Positions 14,911-28,270 of a stretch of 64,000 nucleotides of DNA are shown in pieces. Numbering within the stretch: position 1 is the first letter of the stretch; the number at the start of each line of letters is the position of its first letter. Position numbers and translations under genes: made by a program. The stretch spans positions 479,023-543,022 of the forward strand of contig MU058451.1 in assembly GCA_013265495.1 (NCBI GenBank), in the 5' to 3' direction. This stretch comes from Vicugna vicugna (Eukaryota). Under the pieces are notes generated by a model, which ran no database searches, was not told the origin of the DNA, and saw only the letters and a program-made list of their open reading frames with translations.

Positions 14911-15169
14911 TAAAATAATATGAGGAAAGCACTTAGGGTAGTACACTGGCACACAAGTGCTCAATAAATGATGGCTGATCTTTTCTATTTCTCTTATTTT
15001 TTATGTTTTATTTCTTTTGTTTTGTGCTAGCTGTGTTCTCTCATAAACAGAAAGTTGCTGAATTTGGGTTTTAAAATGTGGTTTATTGAAATTAAACATT
15101 CAGTAATATAATATTGTAAATCAACTGTACTTTAGTACAAATAATTCACATGTTGATACATAATGCACA

Positions 15170-15420
15170 ATGTGACTGTATTAGGAGATGGGGTCTTTGG
15201 GAGGTGATTAGGTCATAAGGATGGAACCCCACGAATGGGATCAGTGCCCTTGTAGAAGAAGTGAACAAAGAAATCTCCCCACCTGCTTTTACCATGTAAG
15301 GTTACAAGAAAATTACAGCTGTCCAGAAAGCAGGTCTTACTAAATATCAAATCCGCCAGCACATTAATCTTGGACTTTACAGGCTCCAGAACTGTGAGGA
15401 AAAAAAGTTTATTTTTTATT
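15170..15420 (+). mobile_element. MLT1A-like LTR fragment
   Basis: ggagatggggtctttgggaggtgattaggtcat...ggctccagaactgtgag. Confidence 0.65.
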
Positions 15421-18400
15421 AAAACAAAATTCAAGAAGTGCACAAATTCTAAGTGTAGCTCAATGAATATTTATAAAGTGAACAAAGATGTGGAACCGGG
15501 CTTCTGATCAAGAACATCCAGAAACCCTCCTCTTGCCTCCTTCTAGTCACTAGCCTCACTGAGGGTAACCATTTCTAACACCACAGACTAGTTTCATGTT
15601 GTTTTGAATTTTATATAAATGGATTCATCAGTGTGTGCACTTCTGTGTCTGGGCTCTTTTGCTCAACATTGTGTCAGTGAGATTCACCCATGTAGGCAGG
15701 TACAACTGAAGTTGTTAATTCCTTGCTAATTCTTACTGCTGAATAATATTCCATCACGTGAATATACCACAATTTAATTTTGCACTTTTTGTTGATGGTC
15801 TTTTGGGCACTGTCTTGTTTAGGACCATCTCAAACAGAGCTGCTGTGAACACTCTTCTGTGTAGATTTCAGTCAACCTCAGATGCACTTTGGTTGGGAAT
15901 GTGCCTTGGGGTGGAATTGCTGGGTTACAGGATATGCATGTTTTAGTTTTACAAGACACTGATAAACAGTTCTATAAAGTGGTTGTACCAATTTACATGC
16001 CCACAGACTGTGCCTTTTAATAAGAGTTTTCAATTGTCATAACTGTTATGACCACTGTCATGTTATTTTGTGGTTTTGTTTTGGCTTTCTTGCTGTTCTT
16101 TTTTATTCAGTTCTCTTTTCAATATAAACAGAACTTCGTTTTTGCTTGCCTTTCGCAATATTTTAGAGGGTGAAGAACCTGTTTTTAATTTTACTAATGG
16201 TTACTATACAGCAATTCATAATCAATGTCACAAGTCTCACTAATTACCTAAATTACAATAAAAACAATTACTCTGACTCACTTTTTATAAAAATGAAGAT
16301 TGCAATGCTTTTACTTTTGCTCCCTTCTCTGATTCCTGTTTTCAAGAAATTAATGTTGTGCCATAAATCCTGTCATCCAAAAGTTAGCCTATCAGAGAGG
16401 TGCTAATCTGTAGGGCTTGATACTGGCCCATATTAAATTGATCCACTGGCACAATGCCATTGACCTTGAATGCTGTAGTAAGAAAAGCCATGAAACTACT
16501 GATTGTGATTATGAGGATCTTGCTCATTGCATTCCCGTGTTTTCCCAGCAAGACATTTTTCTCTGATCACAGAACCAGAAATCGAGCTTTTCAATGAGCA
16601 CATGGTTTGCTTTTACCTTATGAACCTGGATAGTTCCCCCTTTGTAACACTGGCTCCTAGGAAACTTAGAATATATTTTATCTCTCTGTGTCTATATCTT
16701 TGAAAACAGTATTGAACCCTTTTGGAAATGAGATGAAACATGAATCAATGTGACAGGAAAAAGATGGCTTCCATGTTGATGGTGGTCACTGCCAAGGAGA
16801 GAAGTGAGATTTAGAAGAATAAAGAGTGAAAATAACTTTTCCCGTTTATTCATCTGTGTCATGTGCCTTATCTGAGTATGAATTTGTGTGTTAGTGGTAT
16901 AAGTTTAAAAACAAATGTGTATATATTGAGAAGAAAGAAAATAAAGGCAATTCCATTTAGGAGCTGGAACAGGACTTCCAAGACATGATCTGACTCAGAA
17001 ACTCAAAACCTTCTCTCCAGCAAAAACACTAAATGCTGACACATAGTAGGCCCTTAATAATTTCTTTGATGAATCAATGAATGAACTGTAAGTATGCACT
17101 CCAAGGCTCACTTCCTCATGGAATAAATACACAACAAAGGAGGCATCAGGGCATCCAGACAATAAATTCCTTCTCCATTGAATCTTCCCAGAACTTTCCT
17201 TTACTCTTCTCAGGACGGCGGCTCCTTACCCGTCCAGTCCAGTGAGGAGGCTCTTACCATCAACTGGGAGAGTCATCCAAGACATGGCAGACGTTTTCCC
17301 CACTTTTCCAAGGTTTGTGCTCCCCTTCCCTGCTGTCACCACTGGTGCCTCTTGCTCAGTGGTAAGACCAGAGCTGCTCTCAGTTTATACCGAAGTCGTT
17401 GGTTCTTAAGTCTGGGTTCCCTGTGAAGGACCCAAGGCAGAGGGACACGCGACTCAGGAAAGAGCGGGGAAAAGCATGTGCTCCCATAAACTGGGCGGTC
17501 CCCACTTAGCCCTGCGACCCTCACTCCATCCAGGCTCCCTCATAGCTGGGCCCCCGCTCACTGGTTGTTGTGGCCAAGAAAGAACACATGGAACCTTTCT
17601 GGATAATTTTTGGGGAATTGGAGAAGAGATGAGAAAAGAAAATGTAAAAAAAAAAAAAAAAAAAAAAAACAAAACCCAAATGCTCTAGGCCTGTTTTTAA
17701 ATTCCCCTTCAAGAAATCTCATCGGCTTCCTCCAATGGTTGGACAGCTTGGATTTTGCCTGAGCTAATTAGGTATTGAGTAGACTCACCGAATTCTATGT
17801 GTGGGTGTGATACCCACGCACATTGGATCCAAATTAACGGAGTTTTATATTATTTTTCTATGTTCTTTAATCCAACCAAATTTTAATTTTAAATCAAATT
17901 TCTGGAGCCTTGAATACAACAGTATAGCAGCAAGGAAAATAAATGCATTTCGAAAGGGAAAAAAAAGCAACCTGCTGTTTGATTTACATCATTTTATTAA
18001 TGGGTTAGTCAACATTTATTCAGAACCCACTGGGTACAGTACATAATAGGCATGTGGGAAAATTACACAAGATGTAGGGAGATATTTCTTCTGCCTGCAA
18101 GAAATCCAACCAATTTAGTTGAATGGAACATACCAAGTAAAGACATATGAGAACAGCTAAAAATACAAATAATGGGAACCTGGCGATTCCACTAAGGACA
18201 TGGTAGTTTCAATTGCCCATGAGCGCTGAAGGGCTGGCTGGGTGAGCGGTCCTCAGACCTATGTGCAAGGAAACATCCCACTTGGGGATATTGTGGCATT
18301 TTCCTGGCAAAATCCATCCAACGGCAAGCCTCACCTTTCTTTGTCACTATAGGAATAACCGTACAGGTAAATGTGGTGACCTGGGAGGGCTATTTTTCTA

Positions 18401-21400
18401 ACCATAATACCTGTTTTTATTTAACTGATTATATCATCGTGGCCATTTGGGGATTTATGCCACAGGCTTTGTGACTATCTCAGCTCAAGACTCTTTTATT
18501 GGCCAGCCCTCAATTTGTGGCCTTCATGTAAAATCAAGTGTCTGCTCTGGATAAATCTGGCTTTTAAGGGGAGTGTACTCCACTTTTCAAAGCCTCCTTA
18601 TCTGTGCTTTCTGTTGGCAGAAATCTGGAAAGCTGCCAAGGATCTGGCCAAAGACTGTTTTGAATGAGAAAGGGTGGGTCCAAGCTCCCTTCTGACTTGT
18701 CAAGAGCATTTCTGGGTCTTTGCGGGGAAACCGTGAGGCTTAACTGCTCGTGCTTTTGAGTGGAGTGCCTTTGCGGCCCACTTAATGGCTCAGAGTGATA
18801 GGTCTCAGTGCACTTGTGGGGAAGGACCGATTTTGTTTTAAATCCATTGTGGAGCAATATTTTAAAAAACAACAAAAAAATAAGCTACTAGGAAAATTCA
18901 ATTAAAAAAACCCCAAAGACTATAAAACACAAACTCAATTTTTTTTTGGTTCAACAGACATAAAACTACTCTTTCAAACTGCCATAAAAGTTCTAAAGGC
19001 TTACTTCGTCTCTGTACATATCTCATTGCAGATTGATTACAGACAGTTTGCAGATTAGAACAGGAACTGGTCCCTGGCCTGAAGTTTGAGCAGCACTATC
19101 TTAAAAGATGATGAGGCTGTGGGTTATTTTCGAATAGGAGACTTTCAACTAATTGCTTAAGGCCAGGGGGCGGACCCCTGAAGTTGATTCCGTGCAGTTT
19201 TTTGCTCTGACTTAAACCAGAACTTGATAGTCTGAAATCAACAATGTTTCTCCCTGAAAGCCAGTTACCATCTCTCCTGGCCTCCCAGCTGAGATGCGCG
19301 CTCTTCTGCCCACCCGCCTGGAATGATTTAGTGCATTGTCCTAGTTTATTAACCTTCAGGGTCTCATTTAATGTGAGGAGGAAGGAAATAGTAAAATAAT
19401 GCCAATCACGCTTGCTAGAAAATAAGCAGACACTTCACCCGTCAGACCTACCAGTGTTGCTGAGAGGGTCCCAAGAAGTTTCATTTTCACTGGCATCTTC
19501 GCAGGAGAAAGACCAGCTAAGAAAACCAGGGGAAAACAAGGGATGGATGTCCTCCTTTCCTGGGACCTGCCCGCTATCCACCTGCCAACCACGCAGGTAT
19601 CCACCTGCCGACCACACCTCTCCATGGAGACGGCGGCAGGAGGAAGGTTTCAGAGAGATGGTGGCGCCAAGGAAATTGGGTGGACCTGGAGGCCCCGGGC
19701 CTGGTGTCAGCGTTGTCAGTGAGCTGTTCTAACCAACGCTCGGAATCTATAGGGACAAACAACACAGGCGTGATTCCTGCCCTCACTGAGTTTAGAAAGT
19801 GAGGACAAGTAGCTATGTACAAAAACAATGACAAATTGTAAGTGTTGTAAGGGCGTATGCTGAATGCTTGAAAGAGACAGAAGGATGGAGGGAAGGGGAG
19901 GAAAGGCCTGTTTGAGAAAAGTACCTGTAAGCTGAGAAGCCCAGGGTGGGTACCTCTAAGGCCCAAGAGTGAGGGAGGCATTGTTGGAGGATAAGGAATA
20001 GGCTGCTGGAGGGTGTTTTGGAGACTGAGGTCGGAGAGGCCGGTTCTTTGCTATACCAGGGTGTAAAAATGCAAACATCCCTTCCCCATTTCTTCCATTT
20101 AGATGCAACCTCCAGCCCTGGGGCCCTGCTGCGCCCAGGGAAAGATGAAGATGCCTGGGATTCGGAGGAAACTGTCTGCTCAAGAACGGACATTTGCAGA
20201 GCTCCAGGGGAGGCAGAGAGCGTAGGCACCCGTTAAAACTGAGCTTCTTTGAGATGAGAAACACTAAGTATAAAATATCCTACGTGGCTAGTAACTTCAG
20301 CGTTTTGTTTAGGCAACTGGAAATATCAATTTCAAATCATTTAAAGCCAGAATTTCAGATCAGTGAATGAAGTTCCAGGACTGCATTCAGCTTGGTCCCT
20401 CCTATTGGCCATTGCATCACATCAAATTGTAGTAAAGTGGAAGGGCTTCTTTTTGGAATTCTGAAGCCCGGTGTGTGAAATGGAAGAGTGCTATTTCAGC
20501 TGGAAGTGTAGCTCCTGTATAAAGGAGCAGCTGCAGTAATCAAGGCAAGAAAAAAAAAAAAAAAACCCACAGGCTGAAAGTGTTTCCTTTAGCAGAGAAT
20601 TTGTGACATTAGTGTTTTTTTTTTTTTTTTAAAGGAACAAATGTCAAAGGCAGCTGGGTTAATGAGTATAGTGTGTCCAGCTGCTCTTACCTCTGGAGAC
20701 CAAGCACGTTGAAGTTGATGGGGTGTGCGGAGCGGAAAAAGAGGGTGGTGATTGCAGCAGCCCCTAACGGGTCCTCACTGCACGTCAATGCATAATGGGG
20801 GATGACTGGCACTGCCTGCTGAACAGGAGATGCTGGACTGTAATTAAGATGTTGGCGCTCATCAGAATACAGTGAAACAAGGGCTGCAGTGATTACTTAA
20901 ACCTGAAGCTACATTCCACAGGATGGCTTTGCTTTTCAAATTCTTTGTTGTTTTAATGTTCTCACTGGGGGGAAAAAACCCACAGGCCATGCAAAATTAA
21001 GATGCTGTGTAATAGTAAAATGAATGAGATGAGACTGCTTTCTGTTTAATGGCCAGCATTTAGAGAAGTGCTCTATAAAGGTCGATGGAAATCCCTGCAG
21101 AATATTTTCACTCACTTCAGAAATTTCTTTTTGCTACGTGGTGATTTCCGCATCCCCCTCACATTCCTCTGTTCCATTATTTCTGCGTTGAGACGGAGTT
21201 TACTCACCGTGTCATATCAGTGGAGAAACGTCTTCTAGGTTTGAACTGGGTTTTCTATTCACTGAGAATGACTGATGTTGCGGTTTTGCAAGCTCTCTTT
21301 GAAAATCAGGTTGAACCAAGCCTTGCATAATTCTTTTGAATTTTTCAAAGCTTCCTCTGTGTATTAGGATTCAGGTAAATACCAATCTTATACTCCCGGT

Positions 21401-24400
21401 GGTCATTTAGGAGTAATCCTTAATCCTACAGAATTGAATTCACTTTTTAAAAACTACACTTGATCTTTCTATCTTTCATTTCTTAGCATAGATACAGTTT
21501 TTCCTTCTGACCTGGGTTGCAAATAACCTGTGTCTTACTGTTTTGCTTGCTTCTTGTGAACGAAATCAGCAAGACATAGAAAAGGACCACTCTAGTTGCT
21601 CAGATCACTAGTAACCTAAATTAGTTTAGTCAAATTGCATTCTTGAAAAATTAATCTCTAATCGTTCTCCTAAGAAGTTTTATTATAGTTTCTAATATTT
21701 GGGGGAGGAAAAAGCTGTTAGTCCAGAATCAATCAACCATACACTACAAAACATCCTCAGTCTTCAGATTTTGGTCTGTTTCATATATTACTCACACGTA
21801 GGCGTCTATCCACCCCATCCAGGCCTTCCAGTCTATTTGCAGAATTGTAATTTCTAGGACATTTTACGAGATCAGTTTGAATTTCTTGATGAACATTATC
21901 TTGTAACAACCCTTTTCCTCTCCCCCGTAAATGTTCTCATTTACCTGATGGAGCTCCAGTCTTCCCATTAGAAGGTAAGGCGACTCTAAGCAGCTTAAAG
22001 TTCTCAGGAAGTTGTACTCACTCTCATGTAAATGAAAGTGTGGTTTCATAAACCACAGGTCTCTGATTTTTAAAAAAATCATTCTTTAGAAACTATACAT
22101 GCTATTTGCTTTTGTGATTATTGTGTTACGTAAGCGTAAGTGATTCAGTACAGACTCGAAAGTTTGATTTGTGGACTTATGCTGGGTAAGCATGCTTACC
22201 GCCTTACAATGATTCAACGTCTGCCATAGTGGCTTAAACATCTCGGGCAATGTCATTGCCCTCCCCCACCCCACCAAGGGCAGCAACCAGGGAGCACTGG
22301 TCTTGCACTGTGAGCATGACGCTCGTCGACCTTGTACCACGGGTCCTACAGGGGAAAGGAGCAACAGCTCAGAACGACTCACTACTTACTATGAGCCATT
22401 CACCCCCTGTGCTGTTTGTTACAAACTTCTGAGCTAACAACTAACATCTAGTAAGGATCAGGCATGGAGCGATGTACAACCTGCCCTTAGAGCTACCTCG
22501 CGGGGTAGGTCCTACTGCTTATCTCAGGAAACTGAAGCACGGACATTAATCAGATCCTACAGAGCTGATTGACTGGTGGAGGAGTCACGATTTGAACTCT
22601 GGCCTGCTGGTCTCACTGCTATGAACCTATTAGTATCAACAGAAATCAACAAGGTTATCACTTGAAGTTTGGTCTTCAAAATGAGAAGAGATTCCTTTCT
22701 TTGGCCAAGGTGAAGTCAAAGTTAAATTACTAATGGTTATGGATTAGACTATATAATGGAACCTAAGCTTCTTAAATACTTTTTTCTAATTGGCTTCTTT
22801 TCAGGATGTGCAAAATGTTTGATTTCAGCCTTAAGCAAATACAGTATTAATCTTTTCACTAAAAATAGTTAAGCTAGACAAATTGGCTTAGGCTTTTCTT
22901 GAATATGGGATAAAGCTGGGTGACGTGTGGCACACAGATACCTAGGGCAGACTTCTGTAAAGCAAGTTATGCGTAGGTAAACACGGACTAAGTTTGTCTT
23001 TGTAAATACTGTGCTCTGCTGTCTTCACAAGATACAGCTGAGCCTCCCGCAAATGGCTGATGGTTTTACGTGGTGCTCAGTAACCAAATTAACGAAGCCC
23101 TGTTAAGAGAGCATTGACTTCTTGTCTCTTATTTCATCCTGGTTGGCTGGGCTGTCTGTCTACCCAGGGATTCTACAGTACATTCTCAGTCCAACTCCAT
23201 TCATTCTCTTCAGGCCCTGGGTTACTAGTCTTTATTCTTCCTCCTAACACTTGCTAATGTCCACTTTGGAATTCCCAACCCAAAGTTTTATAGGAGATTC
23301 TTCTTAACTGAATTACCTATCACATCTAAGGTGATCTTTCTGGAAAAACATCCGTAGAAGCCTTACCCTAGAATTTCCTCCAGGGTTACTTTTAAAGCCA
23401 CTCTTTAAAAAAGGCAAACAGGTGATCAATATCAATTTTTATTGGTGTCCACATGGAGACAGGCAGCAGAACCAGTTTTCAGTGAAAACATTTGGCAACA
23501 CCCTGGAAATACAGGTGTCATTGGCTGTTGTGAACATTTGTGCAACAAAACATTTCTCTCCCATTTCCTCATCTACACAAGCTTTGCTCCAGAATTAGTT
23601 CTGAATCGAAGGACTGTGCAGAATTACTTAATTTTAGACGAACGCCGTTAAAACTTCTGCTCCAGAATAGTCCACTTGGACGACTCACAGCCGTGTCCTG
23701 AAACGCAGGGAGAAGGCATTTTACAGAGCGAATGACTAAAGCCCAGGTTGGCAAAGCAGCTAGTTGGAGCTCACTCAGTGAGACAGCTGTCCTGGCTCAC
23801 GGTCCCACCACGATGCTTCCCATCTGACCAGAGGCTGGGTGACAGTGGCAGCTTCTGCAGGATCTGGAAGCCAGTAGAGAAGAACCTTCCTCGGAGCATT
23901 TGGGAGGAGGGGTCTACGGCTTACTCTGTACAGTTACACTTGTGTATGAACGTGTGCCTTGCAAAGTTTCACCTACACACCAAGGGCTTTCTCCCCCCGC
24001 CGAAACCCACAGCGTAAGCTGTAGAACACAAGCGCTGTATGTAATTTCACAGGAAAGAAGGCTCCTCAAATGAACTGGGAAACACTACTTATTATCTCTG
24101 TTGTCATCATTCTAGGTGCATTAGGAAGCACATCTGCATATCGAGGAATGACCAGTCCTGTAGTAAAAAAAAACCGGATTTAACTTAAGAGTCCCTGGAT
24201 TTATTTGGTTATGAACCATTTTTATCCCCCAGTTGTCTTCATTAATACATGAAAGTAATCATCTTTTCTAGCAGAACACACTTTTGGGGAAAGGTTATTC
24301 TAAATGTCTATCAAGATTATACTGTTTAAACATGTATACATTTTAATGAGATTATATGCTAAAACAGCACCAACACTTGCTAACAACAAAGAAAACACCC

Positions 24401-24409
24401 AGGATAGCT

Positions 24410-25918
24410 TGTGAAAGTAAAAATTTTTATTCTGATTGACTTCTCAATGTATAGTTCAATATAATGCCAGTTTTTAACGGCAGAGATTTGGTTCCACTCA
24501 AACTCCATGATGCTACAGAGAGCTACTACTTTTCCAGGGAAGTAGGTAAACAGCTGGAAACAGAAAGCACAACTTTCTAGCAGCTTGGCAACTTATTAAA
24601 CTGCAGACCTAGTAGGTCTGCAACTTTTATACTAAAAATGGCGCAAACATTAGCTGGTGACAAAAGTGGGAAGTGGGGAACAAGATGTGAACATCAAAAG
24701 GAGTGATGTATGTCCCGTAAAGACAACAAAAACCCAAATAGAGCTACAAAGATTTTAAAGGATAATTATAGAAAAGGGAACCAAATACTTTACTCAAATG
24801 TTTTTTAGAGCCTTTCTGTAGAGATACAAATATATATATATATATATATTTATCCAAAAATATGTTTTATACAGATAAATGTTCCTCAATTAAAGGTGGG
24901 ACCAAAGCTATAGTTATAACATAAAGTACTGTCTTTTCTAAGACTATTTATCCACCTGAATTTTCAATTTAAGGTTAGTGCATTAGATGTTTTCCAAATA
25001 TATTTACCCAACATCCTTCTTATAGATATAAATCAAGTAGGCATTATTTTTTAAAAGGGTTTTCAGGTTAAACACTATTTTTCTAAGATGCCGTGCGTAC
25101 TGAACTTATGACAAGCCCCATTAAAGAATCCTTATTAATAAAAGTATCAAAAAGGGCTATGTTCAGATTTTCTTCTTTATAGTAAATATTTAATTTTCTG
25201 ATTTCCAGTTTACAAGTGTTGAAAATGCACAACAAAGACTTTACTTCACAAGTACTTTTATGTTAATATAAGATATTTTGATTCAATATATATGGTAATA
25301 AATCTCCACATGTCATAACCAAAGTATGCTTTTTTCCCTAAAAAAATGGGGATGTAACATTAACAACCACTATAAAATAAAGTACACAATTATTTTGGTG
25401 ACTTTACAAATCTTTTTTCCCAGGTGTAAAGGCTACAAAAATTCCTAAAAATTAGAGAACACTGAAAACATATTAAAGTTTGACATCTGACTTTGAGTAT
25501 TTCCATTTTGCCCTGAATGATAACTTAAAAAATATGACCTTGCTGGAAAAGGCCATCTTGCTAATATAAAAAATTGGTGAGAGCAAGAAATTGTATTACT
25601 GATATGTAGAATTTTTGTAAATAGTTCACTCTCCAAATCATTAGAAAAACGCTCTAAGATAAAAAACAAAATGAAATATGGTGGTGGTCCCTAAACTATT
25701 CTGAAGGCAGGTAGCTTAGTCTAAGCTAAAATAATTTTTTCACTCATAGTAATCATCCTCCCCTCAAATGCCTTAAAAAAAAATGCATGAAACAGTACAA
25801 TAGCAAGAATCAAAGAGCACAAACTGTATTTTCAAGAACAGAAAAAGACCTCTAGGGCTGAAAGATACAGTAAAAAGCAGATTTCTTTGGGGACATTAAT
25901 CAATTAGATTATAATTCA
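24410..25918 (-). other. TRAM1: TRAM1 3'UTR (~1.5 kb)
   Basis: Repeat-free AU-rich stretch from the stop codon to the AATAAA signal; exact cleavage site is inferred. Confidence 0.75.
24426..24431 (-). terminator. Polyadenylation signal AATAAA of TRAM1
   Basis: tttatt on +; GU/U-rich downstream element on minus (GTGTTTTCTTTGTTGTT, ~24382-24398). Confidence 0.75.
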
Positions 25919-25992
25919 TTATGAAGATTTCTCTTTTCTTTTACGGGGAGAGTCTGCTCCATTTGAAGTTACTGTTCCATTTACACCATTTT
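25919..25992 (-). CDS. TRAM1: TRAM1 coding exon 11 ([24 protein letters not shown])
   Basis: 74 coding nt to TAA; exon sum 1125 nt = 374 aa + stop; C-terminal KEKSS fits the KxKxx ER-retrieval motif. Confidence 0.97.
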
Positions 25993-26108
25993 CTGAAAAG
26001 AGAAAAAAATCAAGGTTAATTTCTTTGATAAATAAATGCAAGTAATAACATCTTTATACATATAGGTACCTTCAGAAAAGAAAATATAAAACCCAACGTA
26101 TACCCAGA

Positions 26109-26173
26109 GGGGTGGGTGTAAACTCAGTGGTAGAACGCGTGCTTAGCATGAATGAGGTCCTGGGTTCAATCCC
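26109..26173 (+). mobile_element. Vic-1-like SINE head (3' truncated)
   Basis: tRNA-Ala-like A and B boxes, ends at gggttcaatccc. Confidence 0.8.
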
Positions 26174-27247
26174 TCTGTCAATAACTGAAAAAGCAAAACT
26201 CCTTCCAGTGAGTCAGTAAAGATACGAAAGACTGAACAACACAAACTGACCTAACACCTGTCTATAGAACATAATACTCAATGGACACAGAATATACAAC
26301 CTTTTCAAGTCCAAATGGAACATTTACCAAAATTGAACACACACTGAGTGAGCCATAATGAAAGTCGCAACAAACTTCAAAGAACTGAAATCATTCAGAC
26401 TATGTTCTTTAACCAGAGTTGAATTAAGCTAGAAATTAGTAGCAAAAAGAAAACTAGAAAATGCCCAAGTATTTGTAAATTAAACAATGTACTTATACAT
26501 AATCCATCGGTCAAAGGAGAAGTTACAACTGGAATTATAAAATATTTTGAACTGAACGATAATGAAAAAACATATCAAAACTTGTAAAATAAAGGTAAAG
26601 CATTGCTGAAAGGGAAGTTTGCCCTTAATTACAGGTAATTCATGAGAAGGGATGAAAATCAATGATCCATCTCAACAAGGTAAACCACAAACAACAAAAT
26701 AGCAAATTAAACTTAAAGAAAGGGAAATAAACAGAAATGACACAACTGAGAAAATCCGCAAAAGAAGCCAAATGTTGGTTCTTGGCTGATGGAAAAAAAA
26801 AAAAAGAGAGAGAGAGAGAAAAAGGCATAAATTACTAACACAGGAAATGAAAAATGGAAATCACTGCTGCTCTACAGGCATTACTAAGGTAACAGGATAG
26901 TATGAATAATTTTACATCAATACACATTACAAATTTAGACAAAATGGATAAATTCCTTGAAAAACACAATTTACCAAAAGAGAGACAGTAATAAATAGAA
27001 AAACCTGAACAATCCTATTCTCTATTAAAGAATGTGAATCTGTTTTTAAAAATCCCCCTCCTAAAAGACCAAAAAACCCCAAAAACTTCCCATAAAGAAG
27101 AGTCCAGTCTAGACAGTTTTACTGGTGAATCCTTCCAAACATTTAAGTGAGAAATAATGCAGATCCTACACAAAGGACAAAACTGCCCAAAACTTTTTAT
27201 AAAGCCGGCATAACTCTGATATCAAAACCTAACAAGGATATTCCAAG

Positions 27248-27295
<48 letters not shown>
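27248..27295 (+). repeat. A48 homopolymer
   Basis: Direct count. Confidence 0.95.
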
Positions 27296-27299
<4 letters not shown>

Positions 27300-28156
27300 T
27301 GACCATAACCCAACCATTTACATGTACACAGATGCAAAAATTCTAAGAAAATATTAAAAAAAAATCCTGCAAGAATGGTAAATTATCATCATCAACTTGG
27401 GTTGATGCCAGGAATATAAGATTGGACTTGCATTTGAACATCAATACACTACCCAAAAATACATATCAGTATCCTTCATGAATACAGATGTAAAAATCCT
27501 CAACAAAATACCAGCAAGCCAAATCAAGTAACATCTAAGATGATTATATATATGATCAAGTGAGGCTTATCCCAGGACTGCATTGTTGGCTTAACATCAA
27601 TTAATACAATCCATGATACCAATAGAATAAAGGACAAAAAACTTTTATCATCTCAAAAGATGCAGAAAAAAGCAAGTGAAGAAATCTGACATTCTTTCTT
27701 GATAAAAATTACAAACAAACTAGCAATAGAAGGGAATTTTCTCAACCTGATAAAGCCCATTTAAGAAAAGCTCACAGGTAGCATCATACTTAACAGTGAA
27801 AGATTAGATGCTTTCCTGCTAAGATCAGGAATAAGATGAGGATGTTTTTTTCTGCTCTTACTATTAGAAATTGTTCTGGAGGTTCTAGCCAGGGTAATTT
27901 GGCAAGAAAATGAAATGAAAGGCATCCAGACTGGAAAGGAAAAAGTAAAACTATCTCTATTTGCAGATGACATGACTTTGTATACTGAAAATGCAAAGGA
28001 ATCCACAAAAATACTATGAAATAACAAAATAAAAAATTACCAACCCTAATAAGTACAGCAATGTTGTAGGATACATGATCAATATGCAAAAATCAACTGC
28101 ATTTCTATACACTGGCAATGAATAATCCAAAAATGAAATTAAGAAGACAATTTTAA

Positions 28157-28270
28157 GGGGGGAGGGTACAGTTCAATTCACAGAGTGAATGTTTAGTATG
28201 CACAAGGTCCTGGATTCAACCCCCAGAACTTCCATTAAAAATAAATAAATAAACCTAATTACTTCTCCCC
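28157..28270 (+). mobile_element. Vic-1-like SINE
   Basis: Same head and aaacctaattac tail as the other copies. Confidence 0.85.
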
